Origin: Mobula hypostoma
Lineage: Eukaryota
Direction: 5' to 3'
Length of the DNA: 64,000 nucleotides
Assembly (NCBI RefSeq): GCF_963921235.1
Contig: NC_086108.1
Span: forward strand, 99,636,001-99,700,000
Part shown: positions 25,988 to 38,595 of the stretch, in pieces
Numbering within the stretch: position 1 is the stretch's first letter
How the letters are laid out: each line of letters opens with the position of its first letter
Program-made: the position numbers and the translations under genes
Notes under the pieces: generated by a model
Told to the model about the DNA's origin: nothing
Seen by the model: only the letters and a program-made list of their open reading frames with translations
Databases searched by the model: none

Positions 25988-26237
25988 CTCTATGAGGAGA
26001 AATGTCTATGCACCTGAGTTTTAAATAACCAATCCCTTGTCTTGTAACTATGTCCTCTTCTTCAGGACCCTCACACTAGTGAAAACATCTTCACATTTTC
26101 ATTTATCATGCCCCCGCCCCCGACTTTTAGATCTTACATACATTAGTTCCCTTTAGGCTAATATGTCCTTTGTCTTTTCGATTGTGTTTTATACCTGCAT
26201 GCTAACTGCTTGTTTGCTTTTCTTCATGTGCCTAAAT

Positions 26238-26842
26238 CAGTGGTCCCCAACCACCGGGCCACGGACCGATACCGAGCCGCGAAGCATGCAGAGGTGCAGC
26301 GGTAGCCGGAGCGCACCCAGCACATCTTTAAGAAAAAAGCCAAAATAAACAAGCTAATTAATTAGGTGCCACTCAGAAGCCAGTCTTCATTAGAGGGACT
26401 GAGGTGGAGAGGGTCAATAACTTTAAATTCTTCGGCATTAAGGATCGACGTTTCTCTCTCTGAAAAGTATCAGAGGATCTGTCCTGGTACCAGCGCGTAA
26501 CTGTCATTACAAAGAAAGCACGGCAGCGCCTATACTTTATTAGAAGTTTGTGTAGATTCAACATGTCACCTCAATCCTGACAGCCCTGTCTTTTCAGCCT
26601 GTCTGGGCTGGCGTTTAAATTGACCAAACAATGGAACAGCTAAAGGCTCCAGCGCCCTGGAAAGAGGAGTGAACATCGTGTAGAGCAAGTGAAATCAGCA
26701 ATCGTCTCTGATCTGGGCCGACACTTATATGCCGGGCGGCACCTAATTAATTATCTTGTTTATTTCGGCTTTTCTCTTAAAGATGTGTTGGGTGCGTTCT
26801 GGCTACCGCTGCAGCCCTGCATGCTTCGCATTTAGACCACTG
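26238..26842. mobile_element. Non-autonomous hAT (Charlie-type) element with long subterminal inverted repeats
   Basis: Ends CAGTGGTC / GACCACTG; 8-bp TSD GCCTAAAT / GCCTAGAT; about 90-bp inverted arms at 26279-26370 and 26738-26829. Confidence 0.88.
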
Positions 26843-29087
26843 GCCTAGATCACTCTTCACTCCTTTGAAGTCTCACTGTTTAGATAATAGTCCATATTTT
26901 GATTCCTTGTGCCAAAATGCATGAACACAGACAACTCCATTTGCCATACTTCTGCTCATTCACTTGGTCTATATCCCGTTGCCCAGCTAATTCAAATGTC
27001 CTCATTGCACCATTCTGTCCCATCTATTTTCATTACCAGCAAACTTGGATACCTCACACTCTTCCCTGTTCTCCAAGTGGTTAATGGAGTTGGAAAATAA
27101 TTGAAAGTCAAGGTTTGGCCCTTGGAACATTCCAAAGAGGGGGATAGTAATGGTAGCATAGCGGTCAGTGTAATGCTAGCAACCCTGGTTCCATTCTGCT
27201 GCTGTTTGTAAGGAGTTTGTATGCTTTCCCCATTGCCTCATGGGTTTCTTCCAGGTTTTCCAGTTTCCTGTCACATTCCAAAGACGTAGGGGTTTGAAGG
27301 CTAATTGATCACATGGGTGACGCGGATTCTTTGGGCTGGAAAGGCCTGTTACTATTCAGCATCTCTAAATAAAAGAAAAACAAATAAAATTCCACTAATT
27401 GTTCCTTTGTGAGATCCATGTTAGCACACTTCCTCCAACACTATGAGCTCTTAAATGCATTAGCTTTAAATGTGGCACCTTTTCAAATGCCTTTTGTGTA
27501 TCCAAATATACTACATCGCCAAGAACCTCTCTATTGAGTCTGCCTGTTGTATCCTTGAAGAATTCTAGCAAATCTGTTAAATATAGTTTCAATGCCACAC
27601 CGTCTCAGTGCTGGCCCACAAGTACTTTTGTTTTAATATTTCATTCAGTTTTATGTTCTCAGATTAATCACAACATAACTGCTGGATAATATTTCAATAT
27701 GAGTTTCCTAAACAGCCTCTTTTTGAAAGCAGAAGAAACATTTATCTTGGAGTTCCTAGTTTCCTGCAATAACAGAACTCATTTCCTGGCTTGTCTTTAA
27801 TGCTATCGGGAGAGACATATGTTTACATTTGACATGCTAATGCACTGAGAGCGATGACAGTGGCTGATATTGTAATCAACAGGAAGAAAAGAACCATGTT
27901 GGAGAGGGAGATGCAGAAAGGGAGACCCATTGTCGCTTCGCCTACGCACACATCTTCGAACCATGCCACCAGCGTGTCTGTCAGCTACCATCAGGTCATT
28001 TCCCCAACTTGCTGCTCTGACCAGCAACAATGATTAGTTTATCTTGAAACTTTCCACCACAATTTGCTGCTCAAAGCTTGCTTTCGTTAGAATATCTTTG
28101 GCTGAGGTTATTTGCTGAAGAAGGGAACGTGGGCTTTCCTGATTTTCCAGGTCCATTATCCCAAGGAGTGGCTGAAAGACCTGTTTACTCATGTAGGGTA
28201 GAAGTAGCAGTGAGTGCATTCTCCTCAGTCCTCCTAAAGCAGTGAATGTCAAAAACTGCCTTAAGATGGTCCAGTATAAGACTGCCAAAAGACTATAAGA
28301 AATACAAATAAAATTAGGTCATTCATCCTATGAAGTCTGCTCCACCTTTCCATCATGTCTGATTTATTATTCCTCTCAACCCCATTCTCCTACCTTTTAC
28401 CCTGTAACCTTTGACACTGTTATTAATCAGGAACCTATCAGACTCTGCTTTAAATATAGTCAGTGGCTCTCCACAGCTGTCTATGGCAATGAATTCCACA
28501 AATTCACCAATCTTTGGCTGAAAAAATACTCATCTCTGTTCTAAAGGCTTCTATTCTGAGGCTGTGCCCTCTGGTTCTAAACTGCCCTACTATAGGAAAC
28601 ATCAACTTCACACCCATTCTGTCTAGGGTTTCCAATATTCAATAGGTTTCCATGAGATCTCCCCTCATTCTTCTAAATATCAGAAGTACTGGCCCAGAGC
28701 CATCAAAAGCTACTCATACATTAAATCCTTTCATTCTCAAGAATTTTCTCTGGCAATGCTCCAACAGCAGCACATCTTTTCTTAGACAAGGGGTCCAAAA
28801 CTGCTCACGATAATCCAAGGGTATCAAAGGTCAAAGGGCCTGATAGGGTATGACTGAGGATAGGATATGATTTTGGTTTCTATGCACCCCACCTCTTCCC
28901 TCGGCATCCCTTGCAGTGAATAGTATCTTAACAACTAATGGCAAAGAGAAACCTTGCAAATCTCACTTAGTCATAGAAGCATCTGCTTTAAAATATAGCA
29001 GTTCAATTAAAACAGACCAGACATATTTGAGAAAAAGCAAATAATGGAAATAGGCCACACAAACAAAATCTACACCTGTAAAGGATT

Positions 29088-29670
29088 ATAAGACCATAAG
29101 ACATAGGAGCAGAATTAGGCCATCTGGCCCATCGAGTCTGCTCCGCCTTTCATTCATGGCTGATCCTTTTTTTTTTAACTCCTCCTGAACTCTAGTTCCT
29201 GGACTTCTCCCCATAACCTTTGATGCCATGTCCAATCAAGAACCTATCAATCTCTGCCTTAAGTACACCCAACAATCTGGCCTCCACAGCTGCGTGTAGC
29301 AACAAATTCCACAAATTCACCACCTTTTGGCAAAAGAAATGTCCCTGCATCTCTGTTTTGAAAGGACGCCCCTCTATCTTGAGGCTTCAGCCTCTTGTCC
29401 TAGACTCTCCCCCCATGGGAAACATCCTTTCCACATCTACTCTGTCTAGGCCTTTCAACATTCGAAAGATTTCAATGAGATCCCCCCTCATCCTTCAGAA
29501 CTCCAGCGAGTACAGACCCAGAGCTACCAAATGTTCCTCATATGATAACCATTTCATTCTTGGATTCATCCTTGTGAACCTCCTCTGGACACTCCCCAAT
29601 GCCAGCATATATTTTCTAAGATGAGGGGCCTAAAACTGTTCACAATACTCAAGGTGAGGCCTCACCAGTG
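29088..29670 (-). mobile_element. CR1 3' fragment
   Basis: Same family as 6365-6942 and 28295-28815; CTTATGGT-type tail. Confidence 0.8.
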
Positions 29671-29974
29671 ACTGCCTTGAATGTAAGTAAAACTAAGTTC
29701 CACATTCCCTTTCTACCTCAAAAACAACATCTACAGCTTTCTTTATTTTGCTTTTGACATCACTTGCATTTTCATTTCATGGTTCTTGCCATCTGTTTTG
29801 TCATTATTTATTACCCTTTATACCTGTCAAAAGTGTTAGGCTCTGCGTGATATTGGTCTTTTTGTATGCAGTTTCTTCTAATTTTCTGCTTTTCCTTATC
29901 TCTTTAGTCATTCATCCCTTAATTTTTGCAATGTGAAACTCTTGTTCTTTTAAACTTGTTCTACATGCCAGCAT

Positions 29975-30615
29975 CATCATCATAACATGGGCATTCATGG
30001 TCTTATCCATGACCATGATTGATCTCGGCAGCTTTTTCTACAGAAGTGGTTTGCCATTGCCTACTTCTGGGGAAGGCGGGTGATCTCAATCATTATCAAT
30101 ACTCTTCAAAGACTGTCTGCCTGGTGTCAGTGGTCACGTTAACCAGGACTTGTGATGTGCACTGGCTGCTCATACGACCACCAACCACCTGTTCCCATGG
30201 TTTCACATGACCTTGATCTGGGGGCTAAGCAGGTGCTACACCTTGCCCAAGGGTGACCTCATAGTCATAGTCATACTTTATTGATCCCGGGGGAAATTGG
30301 TTTTCATTACAGTTGCACCATCAATAATTAAATAGTAATAAAACCATAAACAGTTAAATAGTAATATGTAAATTATGCCAGGAAATAAGTCCAGGACCAG
30401 CCTATTGGCTCAGGGTGTCTGACCCTCCAAGGGAGGAGTTGTAAAGTTTGATGGCCATAGGCAGGAATGACTTCCTATGACGCTCTGTGTTGCATCTCAG
30501 TGGAATGAGTCTCTGGCTGAATGTACTCCTGTGCCCACCCAGTACATTATGTAGTGCAGGCTAGTGGAGGGAAGAAGCACCTTAAACCTCTTTTAGTAGA
30601 GACGGATCCCCACCC
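29975..30615 (-). mobile_element. SINE-like element with an RTE-type (Bov-A/Sauria-like) 3' tail, split by a Rex1-type 3' end (about 30260-30556)
   Basis: Shares sequence with 37010-37322, 41270-41645 and 56745-57105; the insert encodes RHRKSFLPMAIKLYNS on the minus strand and ends in (ATGACT)n. Confidence 0.7.
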
Positions 30616-31336
30616 TGCCACCCGAAACATGACACTCATTTATATATTTATTTATTTAGCGATACACTGGGCAGCAACCCTCCTATTTAACCCTAGCCTA
30701 ATTATGGAAAAATTTATAATGACCAATTAACCTACTAACTGGTACATCTTTGGACTGTGGGAGGAAACCAGAGAACCTGGAGGAAACCCACGCAGTTCAT
30801 GGAGAGAATGTACAAACTTTTTAAAGACAATGTCTGAACTGAATGCCCAAACTCTGATGCCCTAAGGTGTAATAGTGTCATGCTAACCACATCAGCTACT
30901 TTGCTTCAATCTCTATTTCTCAACACATTACTATCAGACTTGGCCTTATCAAACAGAATCAGAGTCGGATTGAATATCACTGGCATATGCTGTGAAATTT
31001 GCTTTGATGTGAGAGCAATACACTGCAATACATAATACAAACTATAACTTACAATAAGCAATACAGATATAATAAAAATGAGGTCGTGTGTATGGATTCA
31101 TTGTCATTCAGAAATCTGATGGTGCATGGGAAGAAGCTGTTTCTAAAATGTTGAGTGTGTGTCTTCAGGCTTCTGTACCTCCTCCTTGATGGTAGTCATG
31201 AGCAGAGGGATAGGATGTGCTGGCATTTGAGAGGGTCCTGAGGAGGTTCATGAGAACAATCCTGGGAACGAAAAGGTTTAATGTACGAGGAGCAGATGGC
31301 TCTGGGCCTGTAGTCACTGAAGTTCAGAAGAATGAG

Positions 31337-33614
31337 ATAGGTCAGGTGATGGAGGTTTGTGTTGGAGAGCACTTTGGGTCCAGTGATCACAATGCCATTA
31401 GTTTCAATATAATTATGGAGAAGGATAGGTCTGGAGCCAGGGCTGAGATTTTTGATTGGAGAAAGGCTAACATTAAGGAGATGCAAAAGGATTTAGGAGT
31501 GGATTGAGACAATTTATTTAATGGGAAGGATGTAATAGAGAAATGGAGGTCATTTAAAGGTGAAGTTTTGAGGGTACAAAATCTTTATGTTCCTGTTAGG
31601 TTGAAAGGAAAGGTTAAAAGTTTGAGAGAGCCATGGTTTTCAAGGGATGTTGGAAACTTGGTTCGGAGAAAGAGAGATATCTACAATAAATATAGGTAGC
31701 ATGGAGTAAATGAGGTGCTCGAGGAATATAAAGAATGTAAAAAGAATCTTAAGAAAGAAATTAGAAAAGTTAAAAGAAGATATAAGGTTCCTTTGTCAAG
31801 TATGGTGAAAATAAATCCAAAGGGTTTCTACAGTTATATTAATAGCAAAAGGATAGTGAAGGATAAAATTGGTCTCTTAGAGAATCAGAGTGGGCAGCTA
31901 TGTGTGGAGCCAAAAGAGATGGGGGAGATTCTGAACAATTTCTTTTCTTCAGTATTCACTGAGGAGAAGGATATTGAATTGTATAAGGTAAGGGAAACAG
32001 GTAGGGAAGTTATGGAAACTATGACGATTATAGAAGAGAAAGTACTGACGCTTTTAAGGAATATAAAAGTGGGTAAGTCTCCGGGTCCTGACAGGATATT
32101 CCTTAGGACCTTGAGGGAAGTTAGTGTGGAAATAGCAGGGGATGGTGCCGGAGGATTGGCATATTGCTCATGTTGTTCCATTGTTTAAAAAAGGGTTCTA
32201 AGAGTAAACCTAGCAATTATCGGCCTGTGAGTTTGACGTCAGTGGTGGGTAGATTGATGGAAAGTATTCTTAGAGCTGGTATACATAATTATCTGGATAG
32301 ATAGGGTCTGATTAGGAACAATCAACATGGATTTGTGTGTGGAAGGTCACGTTTGACAAATCTTATTGAATTTTTTGAAGAGGTTACTAAGAAAGTTGAT
32401 GAGGGTAAAGCAGTGGATATTGTTTATCTGGACTTCAGTAAGGCCTTTGACAAGGTTTCACATGGAAATTTAGTTAGGAAGGTTCAATCATTAGGTATTA
32501 ATATTGAAGTAGTAAAATGGATTCAGCAGTGGCTGGATGGGAGACGCCTGAGAGTCTGGCGGATAACTGTTTGTCAGATTGGAGGCTGGTGACTAGTGGT
32601 GTGCCTCAGGGATCTGTACTGGGTCCAGTGTTGTTTGTCATATACATTAATGATCTGGATGATGGGGGGGTAAATTGGATTAGTAAGTATGCAGATGATA
32701 CTAAGATAGGTGGAGTTGTGGATAATGAAGTAGGTTTTCAAAGCTTGCAGAGAGATTTAGGCCAGTTAGAAGAGTGGGCTGAAAGATGGCAGATGGAGTT
32801 TAATGGTGATAAACGTGAGGTGCTACATTTTGGCAGGATTAATCAAAATAGGACATACATGGTAAATGGTAGGGCATTGAAGAATGCAATAGAACAGAGG
32901 GATCTAGGAATAATGGTGCATAGTTCCCTGAAGGTGGAGTCTCATGTGGATAGGGTGGTGAAGAAAGCTTTTGGTATGCTGGCCTTTATAAATCAGAGCA
33001 TTGCGTATAGGAGTTGGGATGTAATGTTGAAATTGTACAAGGCATTGGTAAGGCCAAATTTGTAGTATTGTGTACTGTTCTGGTCACTGAATTATAGGAA
33101 AGATGTCAACAAAATAGTAAGAGTACAGAGAAGATTTACTAGAATGTTACCTGGGGTTCATCACCTAAGTTACAGAGAAAGGTTGAACAAGTTGGGTCTT
33201 TATTCTTTGGAGTGTAGGAGGTTGAGGGGGGACTTGATAGAGGTATTTAAAATTATGAGGGGAATAGATAGAGTTGACGTGGCTTTTTCCATTGAGAGTA
33301 GGGGAAGGTTCAAACAAGAGGACATGAGCTGAGAGTTAAAGGGCAAAAGTTTAGGGGTAACATGAGGGGTAACTTCTTTACTCAGAGAGTGGTAGCTGTG
33401 TGGAATGAGCTTCCAGCAGAAGTGGTTGGGGCAGTTCAATGTTGTCATTTAAAGTTAAATTGGATAGCTATATGGACAGGAATGGAATGGAGGGTTTTGG
33501 GCTGAGTGCAGGTCGGTAGGACTAGGTGAGAGTAAGAATTCAGCATGGTCTAGAAGGGCCGAGATGGCCTGTTTCCGTGCTGTAATTGTTATATGTTTAT
33601 ACGGTTATATGGTT
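31337..33614 (+). mobile_element. CR1 LINE, 5'-truncated within the endonuclease, nested in an older CR1 fragment
   Basis: GEHFGSSDHN, RT motifs (KYADDTKIGG), GTTATAT-type tail; flanked by an AATGAG duplication (31331-31336, 33615-33620), across which the host CR1 sequence rejoins. Confidence 0.92.
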
Positions 33615-34071
33615 AATGAGGGAGGATCTCAATGAAACCTATCGAATATTGAAAGGTCTAGATAGAGTGATTGTTTCCTATGGTGAAGGAATCCAGGACC
33701 AAATGGCACAGCTTCAGAATAGGACATCCTTTTAGAACAGGTATGTGGAGGAACTTTTTGTCCTGGGTGCTAAGGATTCCTAATGTCTTTTTTGAGGCAT
33801 TGCCTTTCTGAAGATGTCCTTGATGCCAAGGAAGCTGATGCCCATGACCTTTACGTAATTTAGTCACAGCATAAAAAAAATCAGGCTCTGGAAATCTGAG
33901 TTGAAAGAAAGGAATCCTGGAAAGTCTCAACAAGCAAGGCAGCATCAGTGGAGATGTTTCACTTATCACTTGACCCATTCAAATGAAGGAGGCTTGAACA
34001 GAAACAACTTCTGTGTCTTTCCAGGATGATACTGCCTGGCCTGCTAAATAGTTCCAATTCCCTGGAGAATG

Positions 34072-34358
34072 GGGCGGAACGGTAGCATAGTGGTTAGCAC
34101 AATGCTTTATTAGTACAGGTTCAATTCCCACCACTGCCTGCAAGGAGTTTGTATGTTCTCCCCGTGACCGCATGGGTTTCCTCTGGGTGCTCTGGTTTCC
34201 TCCCACAGTCCAAAGACATACCGATTGGTAGGTTTATAGGTCATTGTGAATTGTCCCATGATTAGGCTAGGATTCAATCGGGAATTGTTGGGTGGAGTGG
34301 CTCGAAGGGCCGAAAGGGCCTATTCCATGTTGTTTCCCAACAAATAAAAAATAAATAA
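34072..34358 (+). mobile_element. tRNA-derived V-SINE (HE1-like); further copies near 15420-15625, 27150-27372, 30640-30900(-), 36210-36505(-), 40880-41110(-), 42165-42360(-), 55825-56020
   Basis: A/B boxes, V-domain GGAGTTTGTATGTTCTCCCCGTGACCGCATGGGTTTCCTCTGGGTGCTCTGGTTTCCTCCCACAGTCCAAAGAC, and a CR1-like 3' stem-loop GGGCCGAAAGGGCC. Confidence 0.85.
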
Positions 34359-37009
34359 GTGTATGAAATTGTTTTCTACTCTTTATTATTAAACTTCATT
34401 ATAATGTGATCGCTATTAGTAAAATCTTCACACAACCATTAAAATCTGGCTTGTTAGTCATGTTGGGAATCAAATATGAATTCCGGTATCTAGGTGAACT
34501 TTCTGCTCACCTTCAAAGCAATGCTACAGCATCTTACGTCCTCCTGGGAGATCCTGGATTAAGTTATCATCTGTGGTCCAGGTGTGGGTCAATGGAACTA
34601 GGCAGAAGAACAGTTTGTCATGGACTAGATGGGCTGAAGGGCCGGCTTCCGTGCTTTAGCACTCTATGTCCAATGTGGTACTTTCTGATTCTTTCTAAAA
34701 GACAGTATAGTATTGATGCTATAGTACTCCTATAGAACAGCAATGAAATTTTAACTCAAGTCATTGTTTAGAACTTACACCAACTGTGTCATGGATCGCT
34801 AAAAGTGTTACTCACAAGTCAAAATGTTCAAAAGTGTATCGCAGCCAATCGAATCTACATTTACATGAAATATTTGCGCTTTGGTAACTGATATACATTA
34901 TACATGCCTATGAATGAGAAAACCCTGGGGAAATTAACACTTCAAAGAGATTTTTTTAACAATGCAAATAAATTGCTGTAACTTCTCTTTTAAAATGAAA
35001 TTTATATGACACCAAAAATAAATCACGGCACATGTGCAGCCAGTTAAAACATATGAAACTGCCCTTCAGCAGCCCAGTCTGAGTCCCAAAACTCTGCACG
35101 TTCATAATTCAAAACAGGAATGCAGGTTGGAATGTTCTCTGGTACCTGCTCTTGTTGGGCACAGGTTGAGGCTTGCAAGTGTAAGTATCACGATATCCTC
35201 GTCTTCCGTGCCCCTACAACACAATGCTGGCCTTTCACAACAGCAGCAGAAACCGACAGGTTTGGAGATTGGACTGTTTTAACAGGAACAGGGAATGTCA
35301 TCAATTGGAATGCTTGGGTCAGTGGAGACAAATGCAAGGACTTGTTACAACAGTGGTAATTAGAAGAAATGCAGGGAGAATAGACAGTCAGTATCTTTAT
35401 CCCAGTTTTTAATGCCTAACATCAGAAGCATGCATTTAAGATGAGAGGATGAGGTGCCAAGGAGATGAGTGGGTCAAGTTTTTTTATGGAGTGGGGTGGG
35501 TGCCAGAAATTTTATGATAGGGTTGGTGGTGAAGGGAAGTATGACAGGGGGCATTTAAGAGTCTCTTAGGCACGTGAATGTAAAGCAAATGGAATGATTA
35601 TGGACATTATAAAAATAGAAGGGATTAAGTTAGCTGGGCATTTCAAAGTTCAAAGTACATTTATTTTCAAAGCACATATACTATTTACAATCTTGAGATT
35701 CGTCTCCTTACAGGCAGCCACAAAATAAAGAAACTCAGTTGAACTCATTAAAAAATAAAGACCATCAAACACTCAATGTGCAGAAAAAAAACAGCTCGTG
35801 CAAATAATAAAAGTGAGCAAATAACATTCAGAACTGAAGTTCACGAAAGTGAGTCCACAACAATGAAGCCAGACAGAGCAGGTCCAGGAGACTGTTAGTA
35901 GCAGGCTACAGCTTCCGTTCAGTGCAGAGACGAGTAAACCTCACCAAGCAGCCAACTGAACACTGGCCCATCTGTTGCCTCGGGCCCCGACACCCTGACC
36001 TTTTCAATCTGACCTAGCGCTTAAATCAGCCAAACAGCTTCTCATTCCTCACTTCCGGGCCCCGGCCATGCTTCAATACACTCTTAGTCCTGGGACATTG
36101 CACTTCGATTCAGCCCATATGTGACCTTTCTGATCGAGCCCAGGCCCTGCTGCCTCATTTGGGCCCACATACACCACACTGCAACTTTCCTGCACCTTCA
36201 AGGAGCAAAGATTAGCATTATGTGTCACAGGTACAGCAAAACATGCAGAGGAATACATTGTTCTGTGATAAATCAGTGAGAATTGTGCTGGGCAGACTGC
36301 AAGTGGTGCCAACATATCATGCCTACAGCACACTAACCCCAACCATACATCTTTGGAATGTGGGAGGAAACCAGAGCACCAAGAGGAAACCCACACGACC
36401 ACAGCGAGATCATACAAGCTCTTTACAGAGAGTGGCGGGAATCGATCCCTGATCTTACACAGGGCTACTATAAAGCATTGCACTAACTGCTATGCCACCG
36501 TACTGCTCCATATAAGTAAGCATTTAATAACTTAATAATTAGTTCATCACAACACTCTGGGCGGAAGGGCCTGTTCCTTTCCTTTACTGTTCTATGTTCT
36601 AAGTATGAGGCAAAATGAAACTTTTGATCTTGAACATTAGTAGGTAAAACATTTCTATTTTGACCATTACAACATCATTGATGACGGATCTAGATGTCTA
36701 TCTGAGGAAAACCAAACTTAGAAGGACAGAGAAATGGGGCCAGGACGGATACTTTAAATAGCAGTTAATGGGTCAATTGACCACTAGGAATTGCTGTTAG
36801 TATGTAGGTAAGTGGTAGATACTTGAAGTGCAGGTACATAAAACGTAGAAGAGTATAACTCAATACAGGCCATGATGTTGTGCTGATCTATATAAACCCA
36901 TTCCACGATCAATCTATTCCTTCCCTCCTACACAGCCCATAATCCTTCATTTTCCTTACATCCTTATACCTATCGAAGAATGTTTTCAATGTCACTATTC
37001 TATCAGCTG

Positions 37010-37322
37010 GGTGGCATGGTGGAGATACGCCTCTACCAAAGGCGCTCCTTTCCTCTGCTAGCCTGCAGGTCACCCTTTGGGCAAGGTGTAGCTTAGCTGC
37101 ACCCTGCCCCTGATCATGAAGGTATGTGAGCAGGTGGTGGATGGCTGAATGGGCAGCCGGTGCACGTCACAAGTCAAGTCCTGGTTATGTGACCACCATC
37201 ACCAGGCAATCCCTGAAGAGTAATGATAATGACCGGGATCATCCATCTTGTAGAGGCACTACTCAGAAGAAGAAAATGGCAAACCACTTCTGTAGAAAAA
37301 TTTGCCAAGAACAATCATGGTT
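37010..37322 (+). mobile_element. SINE-like element with RTE-type tail
   Basis: GAAGAAGAAAATGGCAAACCACTTCTGTAGAAAAATTTGCCAAGAAC motif; four copies in the window. Confidence 0.7.
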
Positions 37323-37324
37323 AC

Positions 37325-38302
37325 AGAAAGACCAACAGAAGGCAACTAAAAACATCATTAAGAAGGCAAAGATGACATGCAAAAGTAAGCTAGACAGCAA
37401 TATTAAAGAGGATACCAAAAGTTTCTTCAGAAAGTATATAAGAGAGGCGAGAGTGGATATCCCACTGCTGGAAAACAATGGTGGAGAGGTCATAATGGGA
37501 GACATGGAAATGGCAGATGAATTGAATAAGTATTTTGCATCAATCTACACTTTGAAAGACACTAGCAGTATGGTGGAAGTTCCTGGTGTCAGGGGTCATG
37601 AAGTGTGTGAAGTTACCATAACTGGACAGAAGGTTATTTGGAAACTGAAAGGTCTGAAGGTAGATAAATCACCTGGACCGAATGGTGCACACCCCAGATT
37701 TCTGAAAGGAGTGGCTGAAAAGATTGTGGATGCTTTAATAAGGATCTTTCTAGAATCACTAGCTTCTGGAATGGTTCCAGAAGACTGGAAAATTGCAAAT
37801 ATCACTCCACTCTTCACAAAGAGAGAGAGGCAGAAGAAAGGAAATTATAGGCCAGTTAGTCTGAACTTATTGGTTGGGAAGATGTTAGAGTCAATTGTTA
37901 AGGGTATGGTTTCGGGGTACTTGGAGACACATAATAAAATAGGCCATAGCCAGCATGGTTTCCTCAAGGAAAAAATCCTGCCTGACAAATCTGTTGAAAT
38001 TCTTTGAAGAAATGGCAAGCAGGATAGACAAAGGAGAATTGGTTGATGTTGTGTTACTTGGATTTTGAAGGCCTTTGACAAGGTGCCGCACATGACGCTG
38101 CTTATCAAGCTATGAGCCAATGGTATTACAGGAAAGATTCTATTAATATGTATATTTAAGGCAGAGGTTGATTGATTCTTGATTGGTCAGGGCATGAAGG
38201 GGTATGGGGGGAGGGGAAAGGCAGGAGATTGGGGCTGAGAGGAATAAAGGATCAGTCATGGCCAAATGACTTAATTCTGCTTCTATGTCTTTCGGTCTTA
38301 TT
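37325..38302 (+). mobile_element. CR1 fragment with an internal deletion (RT N-terminal half joined to 3' end)
   Basis: ORF 37126-38007: KSPGPNGAHPR, PEDWKIANITPLF, NYRPVSL, QHGF; jumps to the 3' terminal region near 38145. Confidence 0.85.
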
Positions 38303-38595
38303 ACATAGGGAAGTTTTACTGGGTTTTAATAAAGGATGATGCCTAAAATATAGCATACAGGGGAAAATGGAATTGGTTACTATTGTTCCCTGTATCGATA
38401 GTGAAAAGCTTTTGCTTACATACTTTCCAAACAGATCAGTGTTATCATAAGTACATTGAAGTAGTAAAAAGAAAAACAGAATGCAGAAAATAGTGTTACA
38501 TTCACAGAGAAATTGCACGCAGGTAGATGAATGAAATGTTAGCAGTAGTCCTGGTCTTATTTTAAGAAAGGACATCTGTGACTAATGAAGCATAA

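Noticed and set aside
37126..38007. 293-aa ORF as a chimeric gene
   Set aside because: Chance read-through from a SINE into a broken CR1 fragment, starting at a non-ATG codon
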